From a virus (taxonomy: Duplodnaviria; Caudoviricetes), in IMG/VR virus record IMGVR_UViG_3300032329_000245, positions 1,091-65,090 of that record: 64,000 nt of DNA; one strand, given 5' to 3'. The notes under the pieces were generated by a model, which was not told where the DNA came from, searched no databases, and worked only from the letters and a program-made list of their open reading frames with translations. Positions within the stretch are counted from its first letter, which is position 1; each line of letters begins with the position of its first letter. Both the position numbers and the translations under genes were made by a program. Positions 63,501-64,000 of this stretch are shown here, in pieces.

Positions 63501-64000
63501 CAAAATATTAAAGCAATGGATGAAGCCAAAGCTAAGAGCGAACTTAAAAACTATCTTAGTAAGTTTCAAACAATGTACTTCTCTAGTGATGCAGGGTTAA
63601 GTAATCGTATCCAAGAAGAACTTAATAAGAACGGCACTGATTGGGAAACCGTAAAAGACCTAATGTATCAAGTAAGTACATCACAGGCACTTCATGCAGA
63701 TGCGGTGGCTAATCAGTTTTTAGAAAAGGGTGATTTAGAATACGACCCCAAGACCTACAAATTCTATGCCAAAGACAGCGATAATAGTTGGCGTAACATT
63801 ATTAAAAAGATAGATGATATATCTAAGCAAACTGGGATACCTGCGGAAGATATTAATAAGTACGCTAACCAAGCATTAATTGCTGAGCGTTTGAATGGTT
63901 TGTCTAAGTCTAATCAAGAAGTATATAGCCACATGAGCCCTGAGCAAATAAAGGCAGGTTTAGAGTTGTTTAATAAACTGCCTCAGCTCCGTGAAGTGCA
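60528..64000 (+). CDS. Giant virion/polyvalent protein, 3'-truncated, with zincin metallopeptidase motif
   Basis: ATG 60528. Absent from the ORF track, which is consistent with no stop before the window end (>1150 aa). In-frame HETTH at 63012-63026 followed by NLSEFASE. Confidence 0.7.
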   Translation, partial: MPLVNVQGVGLINFPEGMSGEEINSAIRKDILPNYPDVASKTKRSWGEAATDIGGGLLSTVGQLAQLPGQISDLAGLTTPEKKPTGLQGLGSELEQYGQSLKSPTLVGKEIMRGRKIAEASEKGMLPEFTTAIKETLKDPALLTSFFAEQIPNLVGSWGGGLLAKGATKAVMYAATEEALAKALPKAGLRGAIGTGAIQQGADIGHDTYKVIYDKLIDQGMSDHDANAIALSKGRIAAIEAAGISLGTAKLPGGASIERALAGKGLPGAGGFLKGALGEAASEAIEEGGGKFASNVGVKEVFPETSLSQGVGSAAGMGALGGALFGGPAGAVNARYEAKQQQAIDTQNALNIANQQAQAQAAQQEQAAQQQQIQAAQEAIKAEAEQRDLEIALARTPFTDSQAYADLSAQVEKAKAKTIAANEKADKAKQAYKESAFHTAKQDEFGNILPEEFQPRLIGQDTFKEIGIGGGPNIKIKQQLLGKDLRDPVQVAEVKSILEDYANGKNRSANIIKGVETFLQRPEFKNIEQGEINAGISGINGETDRGSVSVLGQTGAKPAAEGITAPNGIPMGGVNAPTKKPKVRKANVQPTLTEQEQADIQAELDAELEQGTPANMMPVTEQEQPVAQQTATPTTNPMQQMTQQLAPEEQQQEVVEQPPLKPMAEDLVSQEIPYTKAEDDYASLKDQIDFLTPMLATSDPKERADTLKQIKDLQNKIVELQQAKPTKKGKGLKKAKLETTTGVTSEKLTAHLNNGDLTRALREIADNTKDFTPIENLVANRLLSNKMFKMPKFQLVDRSQIEGAPGMYAPRLDTVYIAKDATDSHTVLHETTHAFLHAAIHEFEEGNIENKALTDLKGIYEHVLKVAPELQSAYGMKNLSEFASEVMSNRDFQEKLKQIPYRRENIFIAFARDVMRILGLADTDIVNSFGASLITIERALNAGRNIQETQITGKGETPNANLANKADLDSLLNATGYKEKPAEVKGLGAAFQNIKAMDEAKAKSELKNYLSKFQTMYFSSDAGLSNRIQEELNKNGTDWETVKDLMYQVSTSQALHADAVANQFLEKGDLEYDPKTYKFYAKDSDNSWRNIIKKIDDISKQTGIPAEDINKYANQALIAERLNGLSKSNQEVYSHMSPEQIKAGLELFNKLPQLREV

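Overview
This is a near-complete genome of a tailed dsDNA phage with podovirus-like organisation: a P22-type portal, no tape measure, and ejection-type proteins. It is opened inside one giant gene whose 5' part runs off the right edge (60528..64000) and whose probable 3' part enters at the left edge (1..1044). There are two divergent arms. The minus-strand early/replication arm (~1.1-25.2 kb) carries a primase-helicase, SSB-like protein, SNF2 helicase, PD-(D/E)XK nuclease, PolA, VRR-NUC, an AAA+/vWA-peptidase module and many small ORFs. The plus-strand late arm (25.6-64 kb) carries terminase, portal, GroES, scaffold, capsid, neck/tail, fibres, holin, GH19 endolysin and ejection proteins. I saw no integrase, tRNA, CRISPR array or reverse transcriptase. 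The most striking unexplained signal is a perfect 15-bp palindrome, TACTGTC-N-GACAGTA, which I found 14 times by eye. All copies are in the early arm (7.2-25.3 kb), next to consensus sigma70 promoters and start codons, and six are embedded in coding sequence across all three frames. This suggests a phage-wide operator or DNA-organising system, and several small DNA-binding proteins are candidate readers. Other signals: a kissing-loop RNA abutting an RBS at 35.23-35.31 kb, two structured leaders in the replication arm, an iteron/hairpin-rich divergence zone, a DNA-mimic-like acidic protein, an in-frame TAA in a conserved small gene, and a recurring xxGG motif in late proteins. All calls come from manual reading of motifs; no database searches were run.
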